NCBI RefSeq assembly: GCF_018977255.1
Contig: NW_024704742.1
Span: 21,144,001-21,208,000 of the forward strand
Direction: 5' to 3'
Origin: Callorhinchus milii
Taxonomy: Eukaryota
DNA: 64,000 nucleotides
The translations under genes and the position numbers were made by a program. Positions 39,091 through 51,904 of the stretch are shown piece by piece. The number at the start of each line of letters is the position of its first letter. Positions within the stretch are counted from its first letter, which is position 1. Under the pieces are notes generated by a model. That model was given only the letters and a program-made list of their open reading frames with translations, ran no database searches and had not been told where the DNA came from.

Positions 39091-40432
39091 CAAAGTGCCA
39101 GGATTATCAGCATTTTGGCAATGAGCTAGAGCTGAACATTTAGATCCAAGTTGAGACAGAAACCTGTTTGTGTATGTTATTTGCAGTATATCTGTGTGTA
39201 GTGTGTGTTTGTGTATTTATGTGTATGGATGTACACATATGCTAAAAGAGCTTTCTTGTAGCAGCTTTAAGCAGACCTGATTCTGTAGTAACCGGAATTG
39301 TCGGTACATCATTTTATAAACAGCACTCCCCACTTTCATTTACAGGCAACAGAATGTTCTGTGATGACTGGGCCAGAGATCTATCCAGGCCAGCGACCCG
39401 GAAATCACACTGCCAGCAAGTACTCAGCCAGAAAAATAATGGCCTGCACATCTGAAGCACTAGCTATATACTGCTATCTCCAGAGATACAGCGATACTGC
39501 TTTTACACAACAGCAGCAATGCTGAAGTTGGGGCTGTTGCCAGTTGCAGCCCAGGAGCACTAAAGCACCCTTTCTTTCCATCCCCTACCATTTCATAGGC
39601 TGCTGTTTTTCCCTCAAGTTTCCTCAAACTTCTTTCTATCAATTCTGTCTTAATCTCCATCTCCAGATTGCTTTCTCCAAGCGCTGTGACTCATTAAGAA
39701 CCTCTCCATCCTGTCAGTCAGATTGGTAAGGAACAGAGATGCCTGCAGCCTTTCTGTTACTAATTCAACCCAGTTTTGTAAACAATCTTCTTCCTCGTGC
39801 TGTGGTAGAGAAAGCGTTGGTTATTAACTCTTCAGCTCCTGAGATCTCTTTGGTTTAAATTGTCTCATACTTTGGAGACTCCAAGCAGCATTTCAGGATC
39901 AGATTTCAATATTACAAGATTACAGTTTAATTTATTTCAGATTATTGTGGACCAGGCAACATATTTTTGGTTCTGTACATGTCTGTAAAATTCCTCTTTA
40001 TTACTTTTATGATTAGAAACCCAGGGAAAAAAACTTTATTGCGTATATTTGAATTTTATATTTATTCGCTGTTTACATATGTTAATGTTGTAATATAGCT
40101 TTCCATGGATTGCATCTACTGAAGCCCTGGTGGTAGTTAGGGATTTTTAGCTATAGCACCAAAATGTTTTTAAAAAGATATTTAATCCCCCCCCACCAAA
40201 ATGTTCTAAAGTCACTGACTCATGCTACAGCAACAATTGCATTTATAAAGTACTCTTCACATCGTAGGATAACATCACAGATCGTTGTAAAGTATACTGA
40301 GGCATGGTTCCACATACAACACATAGTCTCTGTTTCTTTGCTTAAGAAGTTATTTGCTCCCTCGTTTGGCGTCCGAGCCTGTCATTGTGACGCACTCTCA
40401 GAATCTGTCCTACGTGAAAGCTGCTATATAAG

Positions 40433-41167
40433 AACAACAACAACGACCGCAACTTAATTTTATAAAGTGCCCCTTAGGCGGGTAGGTTTCAGAGCGCTTG
40501 ACATTGGTGACGCCAAGCCGGGAAGAGAGGGGGCATGACCATAAACACAGTCAAAGAGAAAGGCCTTCAGATGCAATCTGAAGATGGGCAAAGAGGGGTA
40601 TGGTGGAGGGACTGAGGCAAACAGTTCCAGAATTTGAGGGGTAAGCATGACCTGAGTGTGGTGTAAGCAGGTCGGAAAGACAAGGAGGTGCTAAGGAGTT
40701 AATTGATTTATAAGATCTATAAATCAAACCATTGTGCAATAGGGAACCAGGGACCCAGCCTGGCAGTGATTGAGGTGTTTGATGGAGGATGAGGCTGTTT
40801 GGCTATGAGTGAGGATATGGATGGCAAAGTGTAGAACTGGGGAGACGATCAAGAAGGACATTGAAAACATCGTGGCGGGAGATGACGAATGCATGGGTAA
40901 GGGATTCAGCTGCATTGGGTGTGAGGTATGGGTGCACGTAGGCGATGTGGCGCAGGTGGATGAAGCTGGTCCCGGTCAGGGACTTGACAGCTGGGGATTG
41001 AACATGACACCCAGGTTACGCACAGGTTCAATGAGTCTGAGGGATAGGCCAGGGAGGTTGAGGAGGTTAGAGCCGCAGGTGAGGAGACGTTAATGGGAAC
41101 CAAGGAGGAGGGCTTCTATCTTGTCAACATTCAGCTGCAGAAAGTTTGCCCTCATCCAGACCTTGAT
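40433..41167 (-). mobile_element. L2 3' portion
   Basis: (CAA)n tail; reverse reads IKVWMRANFLQLNVDKIEALLLG, VRNLGVMFN and LKAFLF, homologous to the L2 at 52470. Confidence 0.85.
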
Positions 41168-41339
41168 GTAAATTATGTAAGTTATGTAAGTTATTGTTGT
41201 AATTTACCAGCTGACTCACTGAGGGATCTTTTATCACAGCACTGTTAAGAGCGAACTGTTGTTGTTCCTTTTTGTGTTTAATGTTCTACCAGAACGTAAA
41301 AAACTTTATATGAGATTGCAGAGCATCATAAGACTAAAG

Positions 41340-41505
41340 GGAAACCCATCCATGCTGCGTTCATCAACTTTCATAAGGATTTCTACCTAGTGCTTCATGA
41401 AGCCCTCATGATGAAACTGGAAAGCTTGGAAATACATGGCCAAATCTTGGATTATATCTGGATTGCAGCGCTCCTGTTTGCAGTTGATATTGTGCTGCTG
41501 GTGAA
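41340..41505 (+). mobile_element. Degenerate non-LTR RT fragment, probably neither CR1 nor L2 (RTE/RTE-X-like)
   Basis: Translates PIHAAFINFHKDFYLVLHEALMMKLESLEIHG (AFIDFxKAFDxV motif) and then IAALLFAVDIVLL (LLFADDIVLL-like). Confidence 0.6.
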
Positions 41506-41924
41506 TTCACTCAGGGATCATCTGCACTGCCAGTGGGAATGGGCTCCAAGGTGACATGTTTGATCAGAATTGAGCTAACCTTCCGTGGGGTCTCCATAGT
41601 CCAGTTACTGTGCCAGGCAGGTCTACAATATTCCAGGGCACTGCTGATGACAGGTGGCTCATCGGCAGGACTTGGAAAGGCAGACCAGTCACTGGGCCAA
41701 GAACTTTTCCCACTCGGCTTACCAAACAGTGATATCAATAGCAAGCTATGTGGTTTTAGCTGGTTAGACTCCAGCAATACCCCAACATGCTCTAGGGTCC
41801 CCAAACCTTGGCTCTTGCCAACCTGCTCTTAATACTCTCTGGAATTAGATAAACAGAATACAGCCCTCCAGGGAGAAAATGTGCGTTCAATTCCAATGAA
41901 CACTCTGGAATTTCCATGTATATA

Positions 41925-42165
41925 GCAACAACAACAACAAGATTCCATTTATAGAGCGCCTTTCACGTCGGGAGGACGTCCCAAGGCGCTGTACAGTTGG
42001 GTCAGGACCCGAGCATTGGGGGGAAATGGTCAGGGTGAGGGGAGGGAAGGGAGGGAGCGAGGAGGGGGTAGAGAGTTGAGAGGGGAGCTGAAGGGACGGT
42101 CAAAGAGAAAGGTCTTGAGACCGGCCTTGAAGGAGGAAAGGGAGGAAGCAAGGCAAAGGCATCTT
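41925..42165 (-). mobile_element. Young L2 3' end
   Basis: (CAA)n GATTCCATTTATAGAGCGCCTTTCACGTCGGGAGGACGTCCCAAGGCGCTG with CpGs intact; the same terminus recurs at 46502-46590. Confidence 0.88.
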
Positions 42166-42535
42166 GAATTCTTGAATGTATAGGTCAGATGCATGGAAAT
42201 CTCCGTTTGGTTTGAATACTCTTAAGCTCAGGGATGGGTTTCCAAATGTATCGAACACCTGTCTGAAAAACAAAAATTCATTTTCATGTCTGCAATCTTT
42301 CCGCATCGCTTCCCCTATGTCTCTTGACTTTTAGGCCTATCTTTCCCTGCGTATGCATCTTTTACTCTATAATGCCTGCTTCCCGATTTTGACCTTGCAT
42401 TTCTATTCATCCACAACTTCTAAGCTGCAAGGCTTTTCTCTCTTTCTTCATGAGATCTCTTATCCGCTCTTGGAGATTGATTCTCCCGCGCTCTAATTAT
42501 TTTACCTGTGCTCAGACTGTGCTTGTTTTCAGGGT

Positions 42536-42541
42536 TAATAA

Positions 42542-42575
<34 letters not shown>

Positions 42576-42670
42576 CCTTGCATTTGATATAGCGCTTTTC
42601 ACATCTTCTAGACATCTCAAAGCGCTTCACAGAATATGCTGTAAAGTGAATATTTGTGTATATTTATGGG
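42536..42670 (-). mobile_element. 5'-truncated SINE 3' end with long (ATT)n tail
   Basis: (AAT)n CCTTGCATTTGATATAGCGCTTTTCAC...AAAGCGCTTCACAGAATATGCTGTAAAGTG. Confidence 0.88.
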
Positions 42671-43149
42671 TTTTCTCATTTTCTCATTTTGTCCCTATGG
42701 AGGTTTCAGACTGTACGCTTCCACCATTAGCCCTGCTCCGCCTTTCCTTCTGCTGCTCATTCTGAACATACTGCTACTAGCTTACACAATGACCCACTCT
42801 CCTCTTTCAATGCTGAGCTGTGCACTTTGAGTCAATCAGCTGATTTCCTGCATGGTTAAATAGCTGCACTAGCAGAGCAGACAGTTAACAGTTAGACAGA
42901 AGCCAGCATTGCCAGACTCTGGGGAAATGCTGTTCTTTCTAATTCTTGTTTCACGGTCAGCAGTCGATCAGACAAGACTCGGAAGGAATCAGTGACTTGA
43001 GACTTATAGGCGACTTTTATTTTAGTGGATTGGATGGTGGCCCACCTAATTAAACTGCTCATGGAAAAAAAGGGTGCTTGCAAGCCACAATTTGCTTGGA
43101 GAAGAAGTAGCAAAGGAACCATAAATGTTGTTTAATAAAATAGTAAAAT

Positions 43150-43760
43150 TATAATCCTTACATTTGGTATAGTTTATTTCCTATCAGGAAGACAAGAGCT
43201 TCATAGGATATATTGTAAAGTGGAATAACTGTGATTTGCAGCTAATTTGCATACAATAATGTCGTACACCTATAGCTTCTAAGTGAATGATGGATTTTAT
43301 TTGAGAGAGTATTGGCCAGGACATGTAGAGAAACTCCCTTTTCTTTAAATATAGCGCTATTGGATCATTAAAGTCCACCTTATCGGACAGACGGGATCTT
43401 GATTTAACGTCTCATATGAAGGATTGTGATCAAGTCTTTATGGATTTCAATGCAATGTACAACAATGTTAACCAAAACTGACCAAAACTGATCACGTCAA
43501 TACAGGAATAAAAATCCTTGCATTTGGTATTGCACCGTATCACATTGCCGAGACGTCTCAACTGTGTGAGGCTGCGGCATTTGCCACATATTTTGCAGTA
43601 TGATTCATAGGAGTTTACTCTAAAGTGTAGTCACTGTGTATTTGTAGGTAAATGCGGTGACCAACTTCCAAACAGCAATGTTCCACAAACAGCAATGAAA
43701 TGAATGACCAATTTTATTTGGGAGATTGTTGGCCAGGATACTGGGAGAAACTCCCTTCTC
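43150..43760 (-). mobile_element. Two DeuSINE-like 3' fragments
   Basis: Two reversed tails (43150 and 43510), each followed by TTGGCCAGGA(C/T)A...AGAAACTCCCTT. Confidence 0.7.
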
Positions 43761-44732
43761 TATGTCTGCAGCATGCCCGCTGTTTTCAGGATGTCTGCAA
43801 GTTGCTTGACCTATTCAAATAACTCTGGTAGAAAACGAAAGGAAATTAGAATGGAGGGAAGTTACATTGCATACCAGATTTCACTCAGACTGATCGTGTC
43901 TTCCAGTTAAGAAAAATATAAATGCTAAAATGCTTTGCTTAGTAACAAAGCTAAAGGATCATACTGCATGAACCATACTGCAAAATATAATTGGTATAAC
44001 CTTTCAAATATGTTATGGGATGCTAAGGGCCTTTCCTCCCTAGAATTTGGCACAATATTTGGGTTTGAAGTTTCTGTAGCACAGCGTTTCAGAGCTGTTT
44101 GATGGGGTAGCTGCTTAACTCAGCATTGAGCTAAGAAATATCACAATTTTACATCCAGAATTTTTTTTGACTTCTCCAATGACGTGTTAATTGCATTTTA
44201 AAATTGCATTAGAACTGTTTCTGAGTGCAAATGTGAGACACTTACTAAACTGAGTAGAGCACTTAAAACTCATCAATGAATGTACTTCAACATGGAACAC
44301 ACAGAGCAGAATATGAGTTCTTTCACTCTTTTCAATTCAATGGCCAATAGGACTATGGCAACCATGAACATATATTCTACAATACGCTTGACAATAATAT
44401 CAAGCAAAGCTTGGAAGTCTGCTGTCAGGCATTCTTAATACATAATACTGTAGTTGGTGTATGTGTGTGTATGTATGAAATAATGTAATATTGTATTATT
44501 GTTCTGTCTATTGTGAACAAACATGTCAGGAATAATTCAATTGGCATCTAATCAAATTGTGTCATATGTATATGTTATATATACAATAATTTAATTTACA
44601 TTTTCTTCTCTTCTTTGTGCCATGCTTGGTCATAAGTTGCCTTTGCTGCAGTTTTAGCTTGCTCCGAGGAAGCTTCCGAAACCGCTTTAAAGACCCTCTG
44701 CTTACGCCTAATAACTTTCCTTCCTTTTGTAG

Positions 44733-44888
44733 TTACCTTGACAGGGTCCTGCTTGAGATACATCAGGGAAATAGAAATACCTATGAAATTATGCAGCTCA
44801 GTGTCATGCAGATGAATGATGAAAGTGATGTGACATTACATCATGTTATGCAGTTTTTCTGGGATCAGTGGGCAGAAGAGGTGTCTCC
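44733..44888 (+). CDS. Candidate internal exon, product unknown
   Basis: CTAAT branch-like motif, TTTCCTTCCTTTTGTAG acceptor, 156 nt with one open frame, CC|GTGAGT donor. Peptide not recognised. Confidence 0.25.
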
Positions 44889-45774
44889 GTGAGTTAATTT
44901 TGTTTACCCCAATTGTATATAACTAGCTACATTCTGCCTGACTCACTCAGGATACTGCTGATCAATCTCCCTTGAGGCCTCCCAAAGACAGTCTCTAATA
45001 GTTGTCCGGGCTGCATCCACTCACTCCCACTGACTGTCGTACGACTACACCGAGAACATGAGTAATTTTATTGATAATAATGGGTCCTCCCACAGCTGGC
45101 AGACATTTATAAACTTTGTAAGTACAATTAGATCGAAATTGTTTTTAGGAGAAAAAATGCTGTTGTTAAGATGTGTTTAATGTTCCAAAATACTCCTTTA
45201 CATTGAATAGTCTAATTTATATTCAATTAATTTAAAGAAGAATTGTGCATCTTTTTTTGCATTAATGGTTAACTTTCTGTACCCTTTATCTTTAAACAAT
45301 GTTAAACAGAAGAACCACAGGGTGACCCCATTAGTTGAATTTTAGTTGAGCAAGGATTTGCTTAGATTGTGGTTTTAATGTACCAGATCATACGATACAT
45401 CACCCACAAATTGTGCAGTCAATACACTTTACAGTATATTATTATGTCTTGTGAAGCAACTTAAGATGTCTCCACAATGCGATAAGGCTCTATATCAAAT
45501 GCAAGAATCATTGTTATTATTATTATTATTACTATTATCCTGTTTTTGCCTAAGCATTGATATTTCCTGTACACAGCACACATGTGTAGTGCATAGGAAG
45601 TAACATCAGTGACACTTTCTGTGCATTTGGTTAAATGGTTGATTATTATTATTATTGATTTTTTGTTCATTACCTTTATTTCTCCCAATGCCAGTTGCCT
45701 AATCAAATGTTTTCCTGTGTACATAGATCAGCATAAGCTGTTTGCTAACCATGGAACAAGTGTTTTGTTTGTGA

Positions 45775-46292
45775 TATCATAGATATAGAATTATACAGCA
45801 CAGTAGGAGGCCATTCAGCCCATCGTGTCTGTGCCGGCTCTTTGAAAAGAGCTATCCAAATCAATCCCACTCCCCCGCTCTCTTCCCATAGCCCTGCAAA
45901 CTTGTCCTACCCAAATAATTATCTACTTCTATAATCCTTAATAATCCTTGCATTTGATATAGCGCTTTTCACGTCGGGAGGACGTCCCAAAGCGCTTCAC
46001 AGAGCACACTGTAAAGTGAATTGACTGTATATTTGTGGGCGAACGCGGCAGCCAATTGCACACAGCAATGTCCTACAAACAGTTGTAGATTGAAAATGAC
46101 CAATTTATTATTGGTTTTGGAGGGATTGTTATTAGGCGTGTGGAGTAAGGAAACTTGCCCAAGGTTTCACCCTGCCTGGAATTGAACTCAGGTCTCTCGC
46201 TTGCAAAGCGAGTGCTCCAAACACTGAGCTACAGGACTCCACAAAGTTGTTATCGAATCGGCTTCCACCACTCTTTCAGCCAATGCATTCCA
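45775..46292 (-). mobile_element. CR1 3' end interrupted by a SINE
   Basis: ATACAGCACAGTAGGAGGCCATTCAGCCCATCG reversed terminus; CR1 resumes after the SINE with AAGTTGTTATCGAATCGGCTTCCACCACTCTTTCAG, homologous to the reverse of 940-980. Confidence 0.88.
45931..46243 (-). mobile_element. Young tRNA-Ala-like composite SINE, full length
   Basis: Reverse complement nearly identical to 19074-19391. Confidence 0.95.
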
Positions 46293-46614
46293 GTGCTATC
46301 CATCCCTGTGGTAACTCATTTGAGTGATCATTCTTTATGTGTGAACTTAGACAGTGAGTTGACAGCTCAACTGAATGTAAGGACCATCACAACACTTGAT
46401 TTACAGCCACATGTATTTTCACTGATGAGTGTAAACCTGGGTGATTATTGCCATATTTTTAGCCTGGGAACAGTGAATCCCACTGTCACAGATGAATGAT
46501 CAAACAACAACAACAAGATTTCATTTATAGAGCACCTTTCACGTCGGGAGGACGTCCCAAGGCGCTGAACAGTTGGGTCGGGACCCGGAAACCTGGTCTA
46601 CATGTTAATTTATG

Positions 46615-46780
46615 CCCATTCACCCCTCCCTTACCTTTTTCAAAGTCCATTTCAAGACTTTCCTCTTTGATCGCACCTTCAGTCATCTTGCCTCCACCCA
46701 CTGCCATTCAAACCAGTACTGTCAAGCACCTTAAGATGCTCTCCTGATGTGAAAGGAGCTATATAAATGTAAATTTGCAT
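46615..46780 (+). mobile_element. L2 short 3' end
   Basis: TTCAAGACTTTCCTCTTTGATCGCACCTTC...GTGAAAGGAGCTATATAAATGTAAAT. Confidence 0.7.
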
Positions 46781-47380
46781 TGTACAATATTCAAAAATTT
46801 ACCAATGGGCAATAGAATATTCTATCAAGTGATGGTGCTCTATTATTCCCTGGGTCCTACCAATACAATGTTGTAAAAGGTGGGTAGGCATCTGGCATGT
46901 GAAATATGTAATTTCTGTTATGCACAATGGTGTCTATTCAGAACAGTGATCTTAATTATATAATGCCAATAGATTCAATTCATATAATAGACCAGGCAGT
47001 AATGCTAGAAAACACATTGCTTTATGCTGAATCATAATGAATCACTGAGGTTCAAAGTAATCATTTATATCGAATGTTAAAAAAAATCCAAAAGACTTTC
47101 AATGAAAACAAAAGCTGGTTGATTAAGATGTATAGCACGTAACTTGATGTCAGAAGAGGTTTAAATTTTTTGAAAAAACTGTCTAACTAATGATAATGTA
47201 ACCTGCCCCCTAATAATTGATGTTTTTAGTTGAGTAGTTGTAAGTAATTACTCCAGTGTGAAATCCATATTCAAAAATGCAACACAACATTAATACTTCT
47301 AAAAGTGTCCTTCCTGGATGAGGTGCAATTTTCCACTCAGAGGCAATTCATTGGTAAATTTACATAACTGTCTGCATACA

Positions 47381-48217
47381 TGTGTCAGCCTAGCTCAGTT
47401 AATAGCCCTCTGGCAGCTCAGTCAGTAGGTTGTGGGTTCAAGTCATCAGTACATCAACAACAACAATAACAACAAAATTACAATTGTATAGCACACTTCA
47501 CATCGGGAGAGGTCCCAAGGTGCTGGACAATCAGTGTTTTGGACTCGAGCTGGGGGTTGGGATCAGGGAGAGTGGAGGGCAGAGGGGGAAGGAGGGTGAC
47601 CGAAGACGAAGAGGAGGGTCTTGAGACAGATCTTGAAGGAAGCAAGGTTTAGGATGAGTCGGAGGGACGGTCCAGAGGGTGGGGGGAGAGTGGAAGAAGA
47701 CCCATCCGCCAATGGTGGGGCATGCGAAGTGAGGGACACGAAGCAGGCCGGAGTCCACTGCGTGGAGGTCGCTGAGGTATGGGAGAGCAAGACTGTGGAG
47801 GGCTTTGAAGGTGAGGACCAGGATCTTGAACTGCATCTTCTGCGTGATGGGAAGAGAGTGGCGTCGGGCGAGGATCAGGGTGATAGGGACATCGTGATTT
47901 GAACTCACATAGTCTAAGATGACACTTTAACGCAGTGCTGGGGAGGTTTGTCAGAGGTGCCGTCTTTCATGTGAGATGTTAACCAAGGCCCCATATGCCT
48001 GTTCAGGTGGACATTAAAGGCACTATTCATAAAGAATAGGGAGTGTCTCCATGTGTCCTGGCCAACAATTTCCCGAATAAAATTGGTCACTCACGCTTTG
48101 TGGGACTTTGCTATTCCGCGTTTGCCTACAAATATACTCCACTTCACAGTAAATCCTGTGAAGTACTTTGGGATGTGAAAAGCGCTGTACCAAATGCAAG
48201 GGTTAATTATTATTATT
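47381..48217 (+). mobile_element. DeuSINE-like SINE interrupted by an L2
   Basis: Head TGTCAGCCTAGCTCAGTT...GTTGTGGGTTCAAGTC; body resumes at 47898 with GTCAGAGGTGCCGTCTTTC...GAGATGTTAACCAAGGCCCC; tail GTGAAAAGCGCTGTACCAAATGCAAGG. Confidence 0.8.
47455..47897 (-). mobile_element. L2 3' end nested in a DeuSINE-like element
   Basis: Minus ORF PITLILARRHSLPITQKMQFKILVLTFKALHSLALPYLSDL is an L2 ORF2 C-terminus; (CAA)n tail at 47455. Confidence 0.88.
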
Positions 48218-48804
48218 TAAACGTGCACATTCTGAAATGCTAAGAAAAAGGCTAAGTCTAATTCCAGGTGGAATTTCTCCCTCCATTGTGTCTGACAGAA
48301 CCACAATGTACTGTAGTAAAAAATATATATAGCAGTCCAATTCATCTCTTGATTTGTAAGAATTTGTCTTCTCAATGATTAAATGAAATCTTCTGTAGGA
48401 TTTTAAAAATGTATCCATTAAAAACCAAATCAAGCAGTATAAGTGGACTTGAAAGATACATGTGAATGTGCAGTTTTTCTTTTCATTTGCAAATGTTTCT
48501 GATCGCACTGAGTCAGCCACTTTGAAGTAGGATGACCATGAAAATCTGAATTTCTCTCATTTTTCAGGACATTTAGATTTTGTCAGACATCATCTTTCAC
48601 AGTCTAAAAATGTGTTTCATGAAAATGATCTGATGTATTTGGCCCTTTTACATTGGTCCATCAGCAACTGATCAAAAACATTCTTGTGCCCAGTGAACAA
48701 ATTGCCAATGAAAGGGAAGCTAGAATATGAGACACCATTTCAGGGTGGAGTAATGATATTCCTTGTTGTCAGAAAACATTTGGAGGAAAATTTGTTGAGA
48801 TTAT

Positions 48805-49010
48805 CAGTGAATCCTTACTATGCACTATGCGATTGTTGAAGAGACCCTATATCAAGTACCTTGAAAGAATATAGGATCAACACCAAAATGATGAACACAA
48901 TGTCTTCCACATGTTCTGTTGTTGAGGAAGGTTAAAAAAAACGCACCAGCAATAGACCAATCTCAACCTTTAGTGTGATTTGCAATATTTTTGCTGAAGG
49001 AGAATATCTT
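48805..49010 (+). mobile_element. Possible highly degenerate RTE-like RT fragment
   Basis: Frameshifted ETLYQV / KEYRINTKMMN resembles the RTE D-S-V-x-R-E-x-L-W-x-x-L-x-E-x-G-I region; weak. Confidence 0.3.
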
Positions 49011-49769
49011 TGGGGAATATTGTACCACATATTTGCCATTTGATTTTGATCTTCTTGACATTGACAACCACTGATCTCACTCTAACTGAACATTCTGAGC
49101 GGCTATCGGTGTACCAAAAATAGAAGCAAATATAACATTATGTCAACGGCAGTTTCTGAACTGTGCCTCAGATATGTGTTGAGCCTGTATTCTTTAATTT
49201 GATGGGTCTGTCCAATAGTCACACATTGCACAGTAAGCATTTGTTGGTAAACCATCTATTCCAAAGAATTTCCCTGGGGCCATCTCTCAGATTTGTCACT
49301 ATGCAACTGGCAGTGTCTGCACTATGTCTTATACTCAAAAGTTTTGCCCAAACTTCATCCCAACTCAAATTGTAGTTACAGGGTTTAAATGTGATATTTA
49401 CCCCTGGCACTACTCAATTAGAAATCAAGGACATGAAAAATCAGATGTTCTTAGTCTTAAAACCATTTTTTAAAAATTAAGATTCTATAAACTTAAATGT
49501 AGCCTTAATTTGGAAACAAATTTTCTCCTACCTGAAAAGGAACTGTGGAAATCGACTTCCAAGTTCAGACTGAATTTAAGAATTATTTTTAAAATATCAT
49601 AAATAGTCTTAAGCCTCAGAAACAAAGAATTTTGGATCACAAAGTCACGTAAATAGAAACTCTTTTTGGTAACCAGAAATACATCGTAATATCGGTTCAG
49701 ATGCAGAAGGCTCTTTGGCACCATCTGATATTATCCTTCCAGAATACCCAACGTAACATATTCCCATGT

Positions 49770-50190
49770 GGTGTCAAGTGTTTATTAAATGATTCCTAGT
49801 CTCAACTATCCTTTCTGGTAACCTGTTCCCGTCATTAATTACTCTTCAGGTAAAGATTTATATATCCTCGTGTCTGTCGTAAAATTGCTCTTTGCAACCC
49901 CTAACATCTTGTTCGGCTGCCTCAGTACATCCAAACATATTGCTCTGGATTTATTTTCTCAATCCCATACTGCTACAGGGTCCCCTCTGAAACATCTCCT
50001 GTCAAGTGTTAGGAGCCCTAATTTGTCTAATCCTTGCTCAGGGTTTATTCCTCTAACACTGCATATTATCCTTGTTGCTCCTCTCTGCACTGCCTCTAGG
50101 TTCTAACGCCCTTATATTTCAGCAAGCAAAACTGTACACAGTACCCCTGGTGTGGCCTGAACAGAGCACCATATAGCTTGAGTATGACAC
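49770..50190 (-). mobile_element. Old CR1 ORF2 C-terminal fragment
   Basis: Reverse reads KLYGALFRPHQGYCVQFC and LEAVQRGATRIM, homologous to ORF 506-1054. Confidence 0.75.
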
Positions 50191-51904
50191 ACTATGCCAA
50201 TCTGCATTAATGACAATCTGATATGATTTGTTTTCAGATTGGAATTTCCATAGCACAACAAGAATTCTAACTATATTATATTTTGGTCAGCCTGGTGTCT
50301 GACACCTGTAGAAATCCATTACTATGCTTAAGAGTATCGAAACCAAATTGAGAGTTCCATGCATCTTACCTACACATAGAAATTCCTGAGATATTTATTA
50401 CAAAGGAGTGTGCACTCTCTCCCTGGAGGGAGGTAGGTTGGCAAGAGCCAAGCCATGGAAACTCCAGAGCATGCATTGGGGTACTGCTGGAGTTTAAGCA
50501 GCAACAACTGCATAGCTTGCCATTGAAAGCACTGTCTGGCAAGCTTTCCCATTGCTTGTTTAGCTGAGACCACTCTACCTGTTAGGGCTTTAGCTTGCAG
50601 GATTAACAGGAGCTAAGTGGGAAGATTTTATGCCCCCAATGACTTGCCTGTCTTTCCAGGACCTGCAATGAGGTTACCAAACATGTCATTTTTAAGCCAG
50701 TTCAGCTGCAAGGAGACCCCGCTTTCCTCCTCCCCCCAGGAAATAGTCACCAGCACTAACTGTTTAATACAGGTCCTCGTGTGAGGGGTCACATATTCGT
50801 GCCTGCTGTGAAGCCAATTCTGCCTTCAGGGTGCTTAACGACAGGTAGGTTGGAGCTCTGCTTCCCTAAAACTACTTCCCATGTTTGCCATAAATCCACC
50901 TCACTGCTTGATCCTGGACTTTGCAAGTGGGCTAGAGGAAGCCTCTGTGCTACATCTCCAGGCGATCAGATCCACAAAGGAGAACTGTTTTCACACAGTT
51001 GTTATATGTCACAAATGTGACCTATATTGATCATATTCATATGGTCATATGGATAAAGTCATAACCATAAACATTACTAAAGAACCCTGTAAAAAATAAA
51101 GTAATCACAAACTACTTTTCCCCATACTCTCAATCACAAATAGACCTTTACATATACTTTCTCCACAACTTTTTGTTCTTTGTATAGCAGATGAAGCATT
51201 TCAAAGAAAAAAAGCCATATCACAAAGAGAAGCAACAAAGCGTTACTGTTTCCTAAATATTGAAGACCCTTACCTGTGCTATAACATTATAATTCAGGCA
51301 CTAATCCGGCAAAATTAGTCAAAAGACCAGTCATTAACGGCTCAGTGATATTCTTTGAGTTATCAGAAGGCTGCCAGTGCTTTGGGACTGTAGTCCTTCA
51401 CGAGTCACTTACTTCAGAAGAAGAGGTCAAGGAGAAAAAGTTGTGCGGATGAGGAAATCAAAGAACAAGACATATATCGGGCAAGTGAAAGTTAATGGGT
51501 CAGAAGATAGGAGTGTGTTAGGGTACAAAATCCCACTGGATCTACATTTATTCCCTAAATATAGCATTTCAGAGCATTCAGTACTTGTCAAATTTTCAAA
51601 TATTGTCTTTGATATTGAAGCCGGTTTTCGCTTAAGTTGTTTCAAGATCTGTAGAAAACTGGCTTCCAGTTAACAATGATTGCAACAATTTTCCAAAATC
51701 TGTACACTCTGAAACGTTATGTTAATAGAGTAAATATTAGGTAGAACTTCACCCCCATGTTTCTTGTTAAAATGAGTAATATTTTGGAGAAGTTTTTGTT
51801 TGAAATTTTCATTGGGCTATCTAAAAACCCAAAGTGAAAAGGTGATGAGTTATCTAATAGCTTCAACTCCCACATTAGGACTTTGAGCTCCACAATCTGG
51901 GTTT

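Noticed and set aside
50366..50573. Minus-strand exon ending at a GTAAG donor
   Set aside because: It lies mostly in the dispersed repeat shared with 41700-41885.
51190..51673. ORFs and acceptor-like sites as exons
   Set aside because: Frames close quickly, peptides are unrecognisable, and the right part is a palindromic repeat copy (GAAGCCGGTTTT/AAAACTGGCTTC).
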